NCBI RefSeq assembly: GCF_009914755.1 | Contig: NC_060932.1 | Strand: one strand, 5' to 3' | From: the human T2T-CHM13v2.0 reference genome, Homo sapiens | Length of the DNA stretch: 64,000 bases | Part shown: piece by piece, positions 9,700-26,898 of the stretch | Numbering within the stretch: the stretch's first letter is position 1 | Layout: each line of letters opens with the position of its first letter | Notes under the pieces: generated by a model | Told to the model about the DNA's origin: nothing | Database searches by the model: none | Seen by the model: the letters and a program-made list of their open reading frames with translations, nothing else | Position numbers and translations under genes: made by a program

Positions 9700-10720
9700 C
9701 GCCACTTAAAAGTGAAGCATAACACCTGAGCAGATGGTGCCTGCAACGCCCTTACCTCAAGTGTGTAGTTCCCTTAATTCTTGCACACGAATATGTAAGG
9801 TCAGCCGAGAGAAAGGACAAGAGAGAGAGAGACCCAAGTTCAGGCAAGTAAGTTTATTGAACCTGCCGGCTGCTCCATTACAGACAGACGAGGCAGCCCT
9901 GAGCTTATGATATGGGGGAGAGAGACCCTGGGGTGTTTGTTGGTTAACTCTGCCACATATCACCTTGTGACGTTTATGCTACCAGAGGGTGTAGGCAAAG
10001 TTTGTTTGTGCTTCCCACGACCTCCCCCTGTGCGGTCCCAATGGTTTGTAATTGGGATTTGCTTTATAGCAGCAAGGTCTGATAGGTAAAGTCTGCTGGC
10101 TTCACCGTGGCGTCTAGATAAGGGCTTAGAAATGTAGAGGCTTGGGGCAGCACAGAGAGGAGTTGCAGAGTGCAGAGGGGCGGGCAGCACCAAGAAGCTG
10201 CTTGGGGCAGTTTGTCCCTAACAGTATACACCTATGCGACCACTCCTAGGTTCCCTTGCGCCACCCCCACCTGGAGTAACCACCCTTCTGACTTCCATGG
10301 CTAGCTGACAGTCTTTTCTGCTTCTGACTTTTATATCAGTGGAATCACACAGGGTGCCCTCTGTCACATGCTCAGCGTCCTCTCTACAGGGTGCATCCAC
10401 GCTGACGTGCGTGTCGGTACCGTGTTCTTTTTCTGTTGCCGAGTAGCATTCCATTTGATGAATATCCACAACTTATTATCTTGTCTTCTGTCAACGGACA
10501 GTTGTGTCATTTCCAGATTGGGGATGAACACACTTACAAAAGTCTCTTTGTGGACACACATTTTCACTTCCCCTGGCTGTGTACCTAGGGGTGGAATTGC
10601 TGGACATGGAAGGCACCTGTTGAGCTTGGGTTTATGTGGCCACACCGTCCCTAAAGCGGCCCTACTGTGCTGCTCTCCCCACAGCAAAGCAGAGTGCTCC
10701 AGCTGCTCTATGACACTCTA
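9700..10720 (-). mobile_element. Old L1M 3' fragment split by an LTR insertion
   Basis: aaccacccttctgacttc, gagtagcattccatt, gtacctaggggtggaattgctgg. Confidence 0.75.
9794..10223 (-). mobile_element. Solo ERVL-class LTR (LTR32-like)
   Basis: TG...CA termini, antisense polyA signal (tttattg), 5-bp TSD gaata/gtata. Confidence 0.75.
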
Positions 10721-10819
10721 TGACGCTTGGGAGCGGCAGCTGGCAGGGGAACTGTGAGGGCTTCCTTCGCCACTCACTGGACGGGCCCTGGGCCCGTGCC
10801 AGGTGCAGAGGCAGAGAGA

Positions 10820-10960
10820 CAGGGTTGCCAGACTTAGCAAAAGTGAAGAGACACAGGACACCCCATTAATTTTGAATTTTTAAAATATTGCATGAGACAT
10901 GCTTGTACTAATAATTATTTGTTGTTCATCTGAAATTCAACTTTGCCTGGGCACCCCGTC
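10820..10960. mobile_element. MER53 (hAT-type MITE)
   Basis: agggttgccagacttagcaaa...ttttgaattt...tgttcatctgaaattcaa; palindromic element. Confidence 0.8.
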
Positions 10961-13304
10961 TGATGGGGCAGGGTTCTGAGAGGCCATCGGGGACCCCCTT
11001 CCTTACACCCTCACAGGAGAGGGCTCGAAAGCCCCTTAATGGGCAGGTCAGACTCTAACACAGGCAGAGAGAGCCCTGGGACTCTGTGGGTCTCTGGCTT
11101 TGCGTCTGGCGCACCCACCACCCCCACAGGCTTCTCACTTGGGCCAGTCCCCCATTGCCCCTCTCAGCCTGAGCCTCCTTTGCCGCAGGCCCAGGTCCAG
11201 GGGCCCAGGGGTTTGCTTTTCCTCTGGGGGGCTGCACTGGCCTCCCTGCGCACGGCCACGTCACACTCCTCCATTAGTGCCAAGGCCACAGGATGACTTC
11301 AGGCCTTTGAAAGAGTAGAACAGACACAGGCAAGGCTGTCGGAACAGACAGGGCCTCCTGGGGGACTTTAATGAAGGAAGGCTCATAATCTGATTTATGT
11401 TTTACAGTCACATGGGCAATAAATCTGTAGTTTGGGGGAAAAAAATAGAAGGCTGTGTTTCTTTCATTTTCATTGACCCATATCCCTGATCCAGGAGCCC
11501 CCAAAGGAGGAAATCCCACCCCTCATTCCAGGTCAAGAGACCCTTCCTGAGAGCAGGTGTCGCCCTGAGGCCCTGAGGAGGAAGTCCCTACCTGGAAGGT
11601 GCCACAGGTGAAAAACACCACCTGTGACCTCTGACCAGGGTCCGTGGATGGTGCTAGGCCCCTGCCCTACCTGCACCTTCACCCCATGTGGGCAGCAGTC
11701 TGCTGCCAGGGAGGAGGCCTGACCCAGGAGGCCAGAGATGGGAACTTGTGGGGTGCCACCTGCAAAACTAGGGAAGCTGTGGGCCTCCAAGAGCTCTGGG
11801 GACCATCTCAGAAAGAAGTCACATCCAGAGAGCTCTGGAACATTCCAGAATCCAGCCAGGGTGCTCCTTTGAATTTTTTGGTCTGGGTCTTCCAAGGAGC
11901 AGCAAGTAGGCTGCAGGGCAGCTAAGAGGGGCCATGTTTCTGGTGGAATGGGGACCACTGCTCCCCATTGGCAGGTGGAGTGGGGAGGGGGCAGGACTAC
12001 AGGGGAGAGGGCAGTGCCCCACATTGGGGACAGGCTGTGGGAGGGGCAGCAGGGGCCCTGGCCTGCAGGCAGGGGTTTCCGTCCTTCCCATCTCAGGTGA
12101 CTTAATGCTTCAAATAGTGGAATAAAGGCACACACCTCTTCCCAGGCACTCGCCAGGGCAGCTGCCGCCAGCGGTCAGGCGTACTGACTTCTTATCCTTT
12201 CCAGGTTCCTTTATGGGAAAGCAATCACATAAGGGTATGGAGTCTAATTTATTTTCAATTTTGCTCCAAATTTCACACATTATGTACATGGGTCACTTAA
12301 TGCACATCTTGGAGAACTTATTTTAAAATTGCTGACCATCAGGCTGGCTGATGATAATTTATTTAACTAGTCTCCTACCGATGGACGTTTTGGTGGTTTT
12401 CTGTCTTTTGCCCTTTCCAACAACACTGCAACCAATAAGTCAATTTTCCATAATTCACGTGTGAGAGTAAGTCTGGGAGATGTTCTGGGGCATGCCTGCT
12501 GGTTCAATGAATCTACAAAAAAAAATTCTTAGAACTAGTAAGTCTAGCAATGTCACAAGATTAACACACAAAACTCAATGATGTTTTATATACTAACAAT
12601 GAATAAGAGGAAATAGAAGTGAAAGGCATAATACTTTTTGCAGTTACTCCAAAGGAAATAAAAAAGGAACATGTACAGCATCTGTATGCTGAAAATTATA
12701 AAATGCTATTGAAAATTATAAAATGCTATTGAAATAAGTAAAAAAAAAAAAAAAAAAAAAAAACCTAAATCGATGGAGATATAGGCTGTCAGTGGATTGG
12801 AAGACTCAACATAGGAAAGGTGTCAGTTCTCTCCAACTTGACATACTTTTAATGCAATCCCTATCAAAAGCCCAGGAAAAGCTGTTCTTCGTATAGATGA
12901 GATTATTCTAAAACGTATATGAAAAGGCAAAGGAACTAGAATAGCTAAAATAACTTTTAAAAAATGGAAGGAATTGTTCTATCTAGTTTCAAGACTTACT
13001 ATATAGCTACTGTAGTGAAGACTGTGGTCCTGGCAGAGGAACAGACCCATAGATGGATGGAACAGAACAGCGAGCCTAGAAACAGCCCCTCACAGTGCAG
13101 CCGGTGGATACTTGGCAGAGGTAAAAAGCAATTTAATGGAGGAAGGAGAGTCATATTAACAGCTGTACTGAAACAATCGGATATCCATAGGTAACCTCGA
13201 CCTAAACTACTTATAGAAAAATTAACTCAAAATAGCTCCTAGATTTAAATGGGAAATGCTGAACTATTGAAATATTTGCAAACCACATATCTGGCAAAGA
13301 GCTA

Positions 13305-14073
<769 letters not shown>

Positions 14074-14515
14074 AGCTCTATATTCTAGATACTAGCTCTT
14101 ATATATACTCTCTAAACCCAAGAGAAAAAAAATCTCAATTCAATTAGAAAATTGTCAGAAAAAGAAACATGAAAAACTCTTCACTGAAGAGGAAATACAG
14201 AGAACAAGCCAATGAAGAGATGTCAACAGAATTAGCCATTAGGGAAAAAGGCAAATCAAAACTGCAATAAGATCCTACTACACACCTATCAGAATGGCTA
14301 AAATAAAATAGCGACCTCACCAAATGCTGGTGAAGAAGTGGAGAGGCTGGATGGCTCATTCGTCGCTGGTGGGAATGTGAAACGGTACAACTACTCTGGA
14401 AAACAGCTTGGCATTTTCTTTAAAAACAAAGTACACGAGCCAGGCGTGGTGGTTCACGCCTGTAATCCCAGCTCCTATTTAAGATAGAGTTGCTCTGGTT
14501 CATGCACCTCTGACA

Positions 14516-14860
14516 TAGGAAGTTGCAAAGACTGTCCAGAGAGATCCCAGTTCCCCCAGTGGTTACATCTTCCATTCTATAGTAAAATGTGATAATCAGG
14601 AAATTGACATGATACAATGTGCTCGGAGTTCCAGGAACTCCACGCCTGTGTCATTCCTGCAGCCATCACCCCATTCAATATGCAGAGCCCTTCCATCACT
14701 GCAGACACCCTCCCTTGTGCTACACCTTTGTGGACATGGCTGCCCTCCTCGCACACCACTAACTCTTGGCAACTTCTCAACTGTCCTCCATCACTACAGT
14801 TTTGTCATGTTGGGAAGGTTACTTACATGGAGCCATAGTTTGTGGCATTTGAGATGGAGA
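14516..14860 (-). mobile_element. Old L1MC-like 3' fragment
   Basis: aggaagttgcaaag...cagttcccccagtggttacatctt...aggaaattgacat. Confidence 0.65.
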
Positions 14861-15271
14861 TTTTATGTCCTTGGGAGCTTGACCTTTTAACCATATGGCA
14901 GTACTTCCTTTTGGTCTCTGCCTTCGGGGAAGAGGAATTTTAGGATTCATGTCATAATTAGCTCTAAAAATCATATTAAACAGTTAAAAGCCTTTGCAAG
15001 ATCAAAGTTAACTACTCAAGACTCCTTCTGGGAAAAGAACTGGATACTGCCTTGTGCTGTAGCTCAGTAGCCAAGGCTTTGCACTTTCACAGTGGCGGTT
15101 GGGGTTCAATTCCCCCATAAGAAATAAGTCATTTCTGGTTTAATATCTTGTCTATTCTCTTCTCCTCTGCAGAACGTCTTAAATTTTCCTTTCTCTAAGC
15201 ACCTGGGTGGTTACCTTTGGTAAGTTCAAAAGCCAGAAATATCGGCCTTTTGGCATAAGAAATTCTAAAAG

Positions 15272-16854
15272 TGAGAGGTGACAGTGTGCTGGCAGTCTTC
15301 ACAGCCCTCGCTGGCTCTCGGCGCCTCTTCCGCCTGGGCTCCCACTTTGGCGGCACTTGAGGAGCCCTTCAGCCCACCGCTGCACTGTGGGAGCCCCTTT
15401 CTGGGCTGGCCAAGGCCGAAGCTGACTCCCTCAGCTTGCAGGGAGGTGTGGAGGTGGAGGCGCGAGGGGAAACCGGGGCTGTGCAGCGCTTGCGGGCCAG
15501 CTGGAGTTCCGGGTGGGCGTGGGCTTGGCGGCCCCGCACTCGGAGCAGACGGCCGGCCCTGCCGGCCCTGGGCAGTGAGGGACTTGGCACCCGGGCCAGC
15601 GGCTGCGGAGGGTGTACTGGGTCCCCCAGCAGTGCTGGCCCCCCGGCGCTGCGCTCGATTTCTCCCCGGGCCTTAGCTGCCTTCCCGCAGGGCAAGCCTC
15701 GGGACCTGCAGCCCGCCATGCCTGAGCCTTCCCCCGCCTCTGTGGGCTCCTGTGCAGCCCAAGCCTCCCCGACGACTGCCGTCCCCTGCTCCACGGCACC
15801 CAGTCCCATCGACCACCCAAAGGCTGAGGAGTGCAAGCGCACAGTGCGGGACTGGCAGGCAGCTGCACCTGCAGCCCCGGTGCGGGATCCACTGGGTGAA
15901 GCCAGCTGGGCTCCTGAGTCTGGTGGGGCCTTGGAGAACCTTTATGTCTAGCTCAGGGATTGTAAATACACCAATCGGCACTCTGTGTCTAGCTCAAGGT
16001 TTGTAACACACCAATCAGCACCCTGTGTTTAGCTCAAGGTTTGTGAATGCACCAATTGACACTCTGTATCTAGCTGCTCTGGTGGGGCCTTGGAGAGCCT
16101 TTATGTCTAGCTCAGGGATTGTAAATACACCAATCGGCACTCTGTATCTGGCTCAAGGTTTGTAAACACACCAATCAGCACCCTGTGTTTAGCTCAAGGT
16201 TTGTGAGTGCACCAATCGACACTCTGTATCTAGCTGCTCTGGTGGGGCCTTGGAGAACCTGTGTGTCCAAACTCTGTATCTAACTGATCTGATGGGGACG
16301 TGGAGAACCTTTGTATCTAGCTCAGGGATTGTAAACGAACCAATCAGCGCCCTGTCAAAACAGGCCACTCGGCTCTACCAATCAGCAGGACGTGGGTGGG
16401 GCCAGATAAGAGAATAAAAGCAGGCTGCCCGAGCCAGCAGTGGCAACCCGCTGGGGTCCCCTTCCACACTGTGGAAGCTTTGTTCTTTTGTTCTTTGCAA
16501 TAAATCTTGCTATTGCTCACTCTTTGGGTCCACACTGCTTTTATGAGCTGTCACACTCACAGGGAAGGTCTGCAGCTTCACTCCTGAAGCCAGCGAGACC
16601 ACGAGCCCACCAGGAGGAACGAACAACTCCAGACGCGCCGCCTTAAGAGCTGTAACACTCACCGTGAAGGTCTGCAGCTTCACTCCTGAGCCAGCGAGAC
16701 CACCAAACCCACCAGAATGAAGAAACTCCGAACACATCCGAACATCAGAAGGGACAGACTCCAGATGCGCCACCTTAAGAGCTGTAACACTCACTGCGAG
16801 GGTCCGCGGCTTCATTCTTGAAGTCAGACCAAGAACCCACCAATTCCGGACACG
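15272..16854 (+). mobile_element. Solo LTR12C (ERV9)
   Basis: tgagaggtgacagtgtgctggcag start, CpG-rich U3, CCAAT tandem repeats, end aacccaccaattccggacac(g), 4-bp TSD aaag/gaag. Confidence 0.95.
15945..16430 (+). promoter_or_regulatory. LTR12C enhancer/promoter: repeated CCAAT (NF-Y) and GATA motifs, AATAAAA TATA-like element
   Basis: About 8 caccaatc/ccaat copies; agataagagaataaaag at 16404-16420. Confidence 0.75.
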
Positions 16855-18694
16855 GAAGGACTTTAATATTAAAGAGTGCTATGGTTAAAATCAGTTCAAT
16901 TAAAAGTGGATATTCAAGCTCTAACAGCCTGGACTCCCTGGGAAAAACAGGAGGCACCAGAGAACCCTTTGCTGGCCCTGTTCTTCCAAGCGCTCCACCC
17001 TAAAGCTGGTAATCCAATTAAAAAACTTAAAAACTGGCAAATGAAAAATCTTACAACCCCTGTGGTGATCTGCTTCTGTCTTTCTGTGTAGCTACATATG
17101 TGTTGTGTGTAACGTTTATATTTTTAAAAACTAATTAATTGGCTTAAACAAAAATAAGCACTTACATCAAATATTTTGAAACCAAAATGAAAACCGTAAT
17201 GTCTTTTAGTTCATGTAACTTTAGAAATCTTTGGGAAATAAAAACAGCTTTAATAATTGTTGATAAAACCATTTAGTCTAAAGTATGCAGGTCAGATATT
17301 AAGTTGGCTAAATGCTTTGAGGTTGTAAACTGCTTCTTTAACTTTTAAAATTTGTTCAATTTATGTACCTTAAAGCCATTAGATTCTAGATAAGGCCTGG
17401 GGGGACATGTAGAATTAGCCATGCCCCCTAGCTGTACAAAGATTATAAAGAAAGGTTATATGAGAAAGCATCTTGTATGGTAAATTCTTGTCCTAAAGTA
17501 AAATAACTGGTTGTTTAAAAGGAGGGATGTTTACGGCAAGTCAGAAAGTCGAAAAATGCCTCATGTGGTCTGTGTAAGTCGTGAAAGGATTTGTGAAAGG
17601 GAATTTGTGCGAGAAATGTTCTACAATTCAAAGGTGGTTGGGCTTCTTAAATGCTTCGTAAAATGCCACCATGACGCTTACCGTACAATTTGCCTGCTTC
17701 AGTAAGATAGGGCCTGGGGACATGTGGAGTTAGTCACGTCCCTAGCTATGCTGGAGAGTCAGCCCTTATCTGTACTTCTGCCTGGTATGTCCTAGGCTAG
17801 GCTTCACATCTAGTAGACAATTAAAATTGCTCACTAACCAGCGTTTTCACCAAAAGTAAGCGTCGCTAAAAGTTAAAATTGTAACACGTAATTGAGACTA
17901 TTGAAAAAAACAGCTTTACATGTAAGGTGTGTAAGGAAAGTAGAATGTACTTTTGGTACAAGGTTATAAGAAGGCATGGGAATGTGAATTTTTTTGCTTA
18001 AAGGGATAAAGAATTGTTGTAAGTTAGTAGAATAAAGGTAAAGGTTTGAACAGTTGTGGAAAGTTTGTAAAAACTTAATTGTAAAAGAGATTCTGTGTGT
18101 GTGCACTGGCTAAATTAAAGGGATATTATTCCATTTTTATATAAATTAAACATTGAAATAAAAGCACAACAGGTTTTTCTTAGAGCAAAAAAACTGCTTA
18201 TAATCTGCTCTTTAACAAAAACTTGTAAAGGGTTATAAAAGGTTTATGAGAATCTTACCTTATGGTCAAACTGATTAAGATTGGACATATTTTTATAAAT
18301 AAAACCTTATTTATAAGGTTTTATTAAGAATTGGGTTTGGCATCAATAGTGCACTAATGCAACAGTGACATTTGGCTTATTTTGGTACAAAAATCCTACA
18401 GGAAGCCCTGTCCTGTATGGTTTTATCTGGGCAGTATTTGTATAAATGTGTTATTGGTATATATTCCAAAATTATGGGCAACTCCTATAATCCAGATATG
18501 ACACTGTACATTAGCAGTAATAATTATAATCGTTACCTAAAATCATTGTATACCATAGTGGTAACAAATTTCCTTGTCAATTGTTTATTTGACTGTGGCT
18601 GCCCTAAAACATTTTGTCGGCCACAGACAATTGTTACCTTGTTTTAGTCCTCTTTAAAAGGTGGTTTAAAATCAATTATAGAACTCTAACAGGC

Positions 18695-19032
<338 letters not shown>

Positions 19033-20056
19033 TAAATGTAGGTTTTCTAATAACTTTGGAAATTGTAACATCAGAATAGAGGAAAAACTTGCAGGACTCT
19101 CATGGAGAGCTAAAATGTTCATAAATATCAAGCAAAACAGGAGTTAACTAAATTCACTAAACCAATAAAAAAACGGAAGTAATCTTTTAAACTTTGCTTA
19201 AAACATTGCTGATCCTTTGTTTTGTTTTTCAAAGTCAAGGAAACTTTTCTTTTGAGCTGTTTACAGCTTTTAACAGTTAAGTATGTATCCACCTATAAAC
19301 AAAATGTGGAGCATATTTGTTTCTCTCTACCTAATTTCTCCAGAATTTGTAAACTAGTTGTGAGTATTCTTAACTTATGGCAATATAGTTATTTGCATAA
19401 CTATATTTGCAATAAGAAACTGTTTTCTTTTGTAACAGGACACAATGGGAGAAACTGGTGATTTTTGTCAAGGCTTTGACTGGAATAGTGTGTTTTCCTT
19501 TAGGGAATTAAACTTGACTTATAGAGCCAATAAAATCTCTTTAGGGAACTGACCTTATACCTTTCCAAAACAGTCCCTGTGCAGGGTTTCTAACCTGTGG
19601 TGAGTAAAGAATGTCACTTTCTGACAGGTCCAGGAGCCCCAGGTTATCTTGGGACATCAAGAGGAAAAAAAATTTACCTAACTCATAGATATACAAAGGT
19701 ACAAACCCATGGCTGGGCTCAGCTTTAAAAAAGTCTTATCTGAGATTCCTTATGAAACAGAGTTCCATCAAAGCCAATTTAAAAACAGCTTATGTGAAAA
19801 ATAATTATTCTTGCTGCACTTTATACAAATAATCAGGCCAAATATAATAAAGCAAATCAGTCTTACCATAATTTGTCTTTAGTAAAAATGGAAAACTGGA
19901 GAGAGAAATATTATGTTTCAAGAACTATGGTGCACTTGTTGTTAAATTCTAGTCTTATCTGTTGTTTTTAAGTTTGTTTCTGCAATTTAGGCTAACCCTG
20001 CTTATTCCTGTGAATCAACCAGTGATCTCTGACTGTTGCTCAGAAGAAACAAGAGG

Positions 20057-21137
20057 TATTGGGGAACCTGCCCCAATATTCACGTAGGTTCTTTTCTATT
20101 TTCCCTAAGCATCAGCCGGCTTGAGAAATAAAGGGACAGAGTACAAAAGAGAGAAATTTTAAAGCTGGGCGTCCGGGGGAGACATCACATGTCGGTAGGT
20201 TCCGTGATGCCCCACAAGCCGCAAAAACCAGCAAGTTTTTATTAGGGATTTTCAAAAGGGGAGGGAGTGCGCGAATAGGTGTGGGTCACAGACATCAAGT
20301 ACTTTACACAGTAATAGAATATCACAAGGCAAATGGAGGCAGGGCGAGATCACAGGACCACAGGACCGAGGCAAAATTAAAATTGCTAATGAAGTTTCAG
20401 GCACCACTGTCATTGATAACATCTTATCAGGAGACAGGGTTTTGAGAGCAACCGGTCTGACCAAAATTATTAGGTGGGAATTTCCTCTTCCAAATAAGCC
20501 TGGGAGTGCTATGGGAGACTGGAGTCTATTTCATCTCTGCAGTTTCAACCATAAGAGACAGGCACACCTGGGGGTGGGGGGGGGGCCGTTCATAGGCCTA
20601 TACCTCCAGGTGCATATTCTTTTTCTCAGGGATGTTCCTTGCTGAGAAAAAGAATTCAGTGATATTCCTCCCATTTGCTTTTGAAAGAAGAGAAATATGG
20701 CTCTATTCTGCCCAGCTCACTGGCAGTCAGAGTTTAGGGTTATCTCTCTTATTCCCTGAACAATTGTTGTTATCCTGTTCTTTTTTCAAGGTGCCCACAT
20801 TTCATATTGCTCAAACACACACGCTGTACAATTTGTGCAGTTAATGCAATTATTACAGGGTCCTGAGGCGACATACATCCTCCTCAGCTGACAGGATTAA
20901 AAGATTAAAGCAAAGACAGGCATAGGAAATCACTAGGGTATTGATTGGGGAAGTGATAAGTGTCCATGAAATCTTTACAATTTATGTTTAGAGATTGCAG
21001 TAAAGGCAGGCATAAGAAATTATAAAAGTATTAGTTTTATAAAAACTAATAAATGTCCATGAAATCTTCACAATCCACGTTCTTCTGCCATGGCTTCAGC
21101 CAGTCCCTCCATTTTGGGTCCCTGACTTCCCACAACA
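20057..21137 (-). mobile_element. Solo MER11 LTR (HERV-K11/HML-8)
   Basis: Reverse complement starts tgttgtgggaagtcagggaccc; 1081 bp; perfect 6-bp TSD aagagg. Confidence 0.92.
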
Positions 21138-21606
21138 AAGAGGGATGGGCAATGTAAAACTCTGAATTGGTATTCTAATTCTGGGCACATGACAATCAGC
21201 TAACAACCCCATACCAGCTTAGTTCCAACAGTTGCCCAGTTCATGAAAAGCCTTCTAATTATGTTTACTTGGAATAACTTTACTTATTTTGCTTTACTCT
21301 TGGGGAATATATTGCTGTTATACTCTTTGTATAGAAATACAGGACAAGCTTACTGAATGTTTTCTTAAATTAAACACATATTAATCTTCCAGATATCACC
21401 TTTCGTCAAAACTCAAGACTTATTAATGGACTTACCACACTGATGCTTTCTGACTGAGCTCCTCTCTACCCTGATTGCAAGAGACCCTCATAGTTAGAGA
21501 GGAATATCATCACCCCTATTCAGCCTGAAGAAGTTACAGAAGATGGATCTCCATCCCTCTGCAACCTTTAGGAATAAGTGTTCTCTTATAAAAGGAAGGG
21601 GGGAAA

Positions 21607-22460
<854 letters not shown>

Positions 22461-22479
22461 CCCGAGATTGCACAGAAAT

Positions 22480-22863
22480 CGTCAAATCAGGTTTAGCCTA
22501 AAGCCACGTCTTTACATATTTTAAGTTTGGCCTAAAGGTTTTTCTGTACATCATGAACTGTAACAGGGGGAGGTGTAAACAGACCATAGCCTACACTTGT
22601 GCCAGTCACTGAGTTTTGGCCAACCAAATGTAGCCAACTGTTCAAACCATGTGCAAATAAGGCAAACACCAAGCTGTAACCCTCCAGCTGTTTCTGTGCC
22701 TCACTTCCATTTTCTGTAAGTCACTTTCTTTTTTCTGTCCATAAATCTTCCACCCCATGGCTGCACTGGAGTCTCTGAGCCTACTCTGACTGGAAGCTTG
22801 CTGGATTCTCAAATTGTTCATTGCTCAATTAAATTTTATTTGGCTGAAGTTTTTATTTTGTCA
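22480..22863 (+). mobile_element. MER57-family LTR
   Basis: gtttagcctaaagc...tacatattttaagtttggcctaaagg...ttgctcaattaaa. Confidence 0.8.
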
Positions 22864-23102
22864 ATATTTCAAAGTAAAATGTTTCTCTAAAATCAGAGCT
22901 ATTTGTAGAAATACAAATAAAAATGGAAAACTTTTTTCTTGTCAGTTTTTGTTAGCTTTTTATTAATAATTTATTCAATTTAGCTAAATTTCCAATTTTG
23001 GGGCATACAGTTGTAAAATTTTCTTATGTTTTAAATCTCCGTTGATCTTTATTTTTTTCCATTGCCAATACTAGTTATTTTAAATGTTTTTCTCTTTACT
23101 AG

Positions 23103-23816
<714 letters not shown>

Positions 23817-23909
23817 TTAGTCTCACCAGAGTTATCCACGGTACTAGCTTTTCCAAAGAAATAACTAATTTATTGATCTTATCTAATGCATACATAGTTT
23901 CTATATCAT

Positions 23910-24422
23910 TGTTGGATATAAAATGCTCCAGGAATAAATGCGCAGTGCCTCAAAGTAAAAGCAGCACTCTGGCAAAAGTTTAATCCTCTTAGCAAGGCAA
24001 TTTACTTCTGCAGAAGGGCGTCACTCGTGTCAATCAAGATGGCAAGTGCACACAGAACAAAGGAGACCAGGGGGTTTATCCTGAACGCGGCCCCTATCTC
24101 TGTGTCACTCCCCCATTGGCTGGGGTTGGACTGCACAATCTGAGCTGACCCGATTGGCTACTTGTACATATTTTTCTAAATATAGAAGGGGAGGGGGATG
24201 TGAGGTACAGAGGCGTGAGACATGCAGTTTCCGGGGAACAATGCGTGCAGGTAACCAAGGGAACAGGTGTGAGTTGATTAGAGCTGACGGGAAGGGGGTA
24301 GGCTGTTTATGGTAACTAGGGGCAAGGAAGAACCAGAAAGTTGAGTTTGAGAACAAAGGATAAGGAAGTTAACAGGCTAAACCCTTTAAAGAGAAACTCA
24401 GAAAAATTTATTGTATCTTGTA
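23910..24422 (-). mobile_element. Solo LTR10-family LTR (HERV-I)
   Basis: gcaaggcaatttacttctgcagaaggg, gaagttaacaggctaaacc; TSD tcat. Confidence 0.8.
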
Positions 24423-24652
24423 TCATTAACTTCTACTCTTTAATTTCCATTCTATTATTTTTTGTACTTTCCTGTTTCTTCTGTAACTTCTTGAGGTGCA
24501 TACTTAGTTCATTAAAATTCGACATTTTTGGTTTTCTAATATATGAGGTCTACACGGTTCCCTCTACGTGTGCCCGAGACGCACCCTGTGAACTTTGACA
24601 TAGAGCCCGTTTCTCATCGTTTAGTTTGTTTTCTGATTTTCCTTTTAATTTT

Positions 24653-25945
<1,293 letters not shown>

Positions 25946-26311
25946 TCAGGACTTTCCTTTCAATTTCTTAGGTGATCTGTGGCTTATTCATAAATATTTA
26001 TGTTTCCTTATTTCCAAAAAGATCAAGATTTTCTGCGCTTTTGTCAATTATTTCTAGTATAATTACACTGCAAATGCAGAAGCTGCTTTGTATCATTTCA
26101 ATGCTTTGAACTTTGTGGATACTTTTTTTATGGCTCATTATATGATCAGTATTTGTAAATGTTTGCACATACTTGCCTGGGACCTGGATGGGGAAGTGGT
26201 AACAAAAGGAAGTGGGGGGTGTGCAGGAGGAAGTGGGGGAAGGAAGGGATGGAGAAAAGAGGGGAGCCGGGGGAGGCAGAGAGGGGAGGAGGGGAAAGGG
26301 GGAGCGGGAGT

Positions 26312-26560
26312 GCAGTGGGGAGGGGGAGGCAGTGGAGGGGAGGGGGAGGCAGTGGAGGGAGGGGGAGGCAGTGGAGGGGAGGGGGAGGCAGTGGAGGGAG
26401 GGGGAGGCAGTGGAGGGGAGGGGGAGGCAGTGGAGGGGGGAGGCAGTGGAGGGGGGAGGCAGTGGAGGGGGGGAGGCAGTGGAGGGGGGGAGGCAGTGGA
26501 GGGGAGGGGGAGGCAGTGAAGGGAGGGGGAGGCAGTGGAGGGGAGGGGGAGGCAGTGGAG
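26312..26560. repeat. G-rich 17-21-bp minisatellite (GGGGGAGGCAGTGGAGGGGA)
   Basis: About 12 tandem units. Confidence 0.95.
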
Positions 26561-26898
26561 GATGGTTGCCTGCTCAACCTGGGGCCCCTCCTCTAGGCCC
26601 CGTTGTGAGCCCAGCCCACTCAGTACGCTGCCACTTCTGGGTAAACTAGAGGAGAGCAAGGTAGCCCTCAGGCCCCGCCCCCCACCCCTATCACCCAGCC
26701 TGCTGGCTGGAGAGTAAATGCGTTCAGCCCAGAGACTTTGTCCCATTTTTAACCCTCGGGGTCTGGCCTGTGGCCTTCAAGGGGTCCCAGTCAATTCCCC
26801 AGGGTGGGGCTCTGAGATGGGAGGGGATTCCCCAGGCCATCCCCACCCTGTGCTCATTTCCAGCCAGGATTGGACTCAGCCTGAGATCCAGGAGCAGT

